10,363 bases of DNA from Octopus sinensis (Eukaryota): positions 1 through 10,363 of the forward strand of contig NW_021827424.1 in assembly GCF_006345805.1 (NCBI RefSeq). Direction: 5' to 3'. Positions 9,602-10,363 of the stretch are shown one piece after another. Under the pieces are notes generated by a model. The model saw only the letters and a list, made by a program, of their open reading frames with translations. It had not been told where the DNA came from and made no database searches. Numbering within the stretch: the stretch's first letter is position 1; each line of letters starts with the position of its first letter. The translations under genes were made by a program, and so were the position numbers.

Positions 9602-10023
9602 GTGTATATCTGTGTATGTGTTTCTGTATGTATGTGTGTATGTATGTATGTATGTATGTATGTATGTATGCATGTAAGTGGGCATGTATGTAAGTATATA
9701 AATATATGAATATGTACATCCGCATATATTGACGTATATAGATGTATTTTTTGAATATACATATATGTATATATAAATGTATATATATATGTATGTATAT
9801 ATATTTATATATGTATGTGTATATATGTATATATATATATATAATATATATATATATACATATATGAAAACATATATAAATAAATATATACATATATATA
9901 TATATACACATATATTCAAATATATACATATATATACATCATATATACATATATATATAATATATATACATATATACATATATATAATACACATATATTC
10001 AAATATACATATATGAATATTCA

Positions 10024-10050
<27 letters not shown>
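9602..10050. repeat. (ATGT)n/(AT)n compound low-complexity tract
   Basis: Directly visible; explains the YI-rich ORFs at 9532-10024. Confidence 0.93.
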
Positions 10051-10055
<5 letters not shown>

Positions 10056-10138
10056 TTATTATTCAGGCTGCGAGCTAGCACAATAGTTTACGCTATCTCT
10101 TTTTTAAAATCATTACACTGTACATTATATTTCAAAGG

Positions 10139-10161
10139 TGTATATATATATATAATATATA

Positions 10162-10199
<38 letters not shown>

Positions 10200-10240
10200 T
10201 ATATATATGTATGTATGTATTTATATATAAATATATGTAC
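10139..10240. repeat. (AT)n microsatellite
   Basis: Directly visible. Confidence 0.93.
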
Positions 10241-10273
10241 AAAAAGTGTATAATTATGAGTATAATTATATTT

Positions 10274-10320
10274 AGGGTTCAGCAAATTGCTTCACAACAT
10301 ACAGGCGATGTATGAACCCT
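10274..10320. mobile_element. Putative 47-bp TIR micro-element with a 10-bp TSD (Mutator-like signature)
   Basis: AGGGTTCA (10274-10281) ... TGAACCCT (10313-10320), flanked exactly by AATTATATTT at 10264-10273 and 10321-10330. Confidence 0.45.
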
Positions 10321-10363
10321 AATTATATTTAAATTCATAAAATGTTTGCATAAGTTTACGATA

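Overview
Eukaryotic, repeat-dominated non-coding DNA (intergenic or intronic). I can support no host protein-coding gene, rRNA, tRNA or CRISPR array. The SINE families resemble, from memory and without a database check, the tRNA-derived SINEs of octopus, so a coleoid cephalopod source is likely. Nearly all ORFs in the supplied track are microsatellite artefacts. The one real coding remnant is the 3' end of an L1/Tx1-type LINE ORF2 (1207-1647, intact CX2CX8HX4C zinc knuckle). The most interesting signal is an apparent microsatellite-targeted retroposon system. Two 5'-truncated copies of this LINE (801-936 and 1205-2064) sit in (ATCT)n/(GATA)n arrays. The longer copy is flanked by a 100-190 bp direct repeat that looks like a very long target-site duplication. 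A tRNA-type SINE copy (3033-3179, minus) ends in 41 nt that are 33/41 identical to the LINE 3' end and also runs into (ATCT)n. Also present: a 558-bp element embedded in (AAT)n, several more SINEs with a structurally conserved 3' hairpin, a hAT-type MITE with an 8-bp TSD, a 47-bp TIR element with a 10-bp TSD, and two degenerate ~130-bp tandem arrays, one with TAAACA motifs phased at 11 bp.
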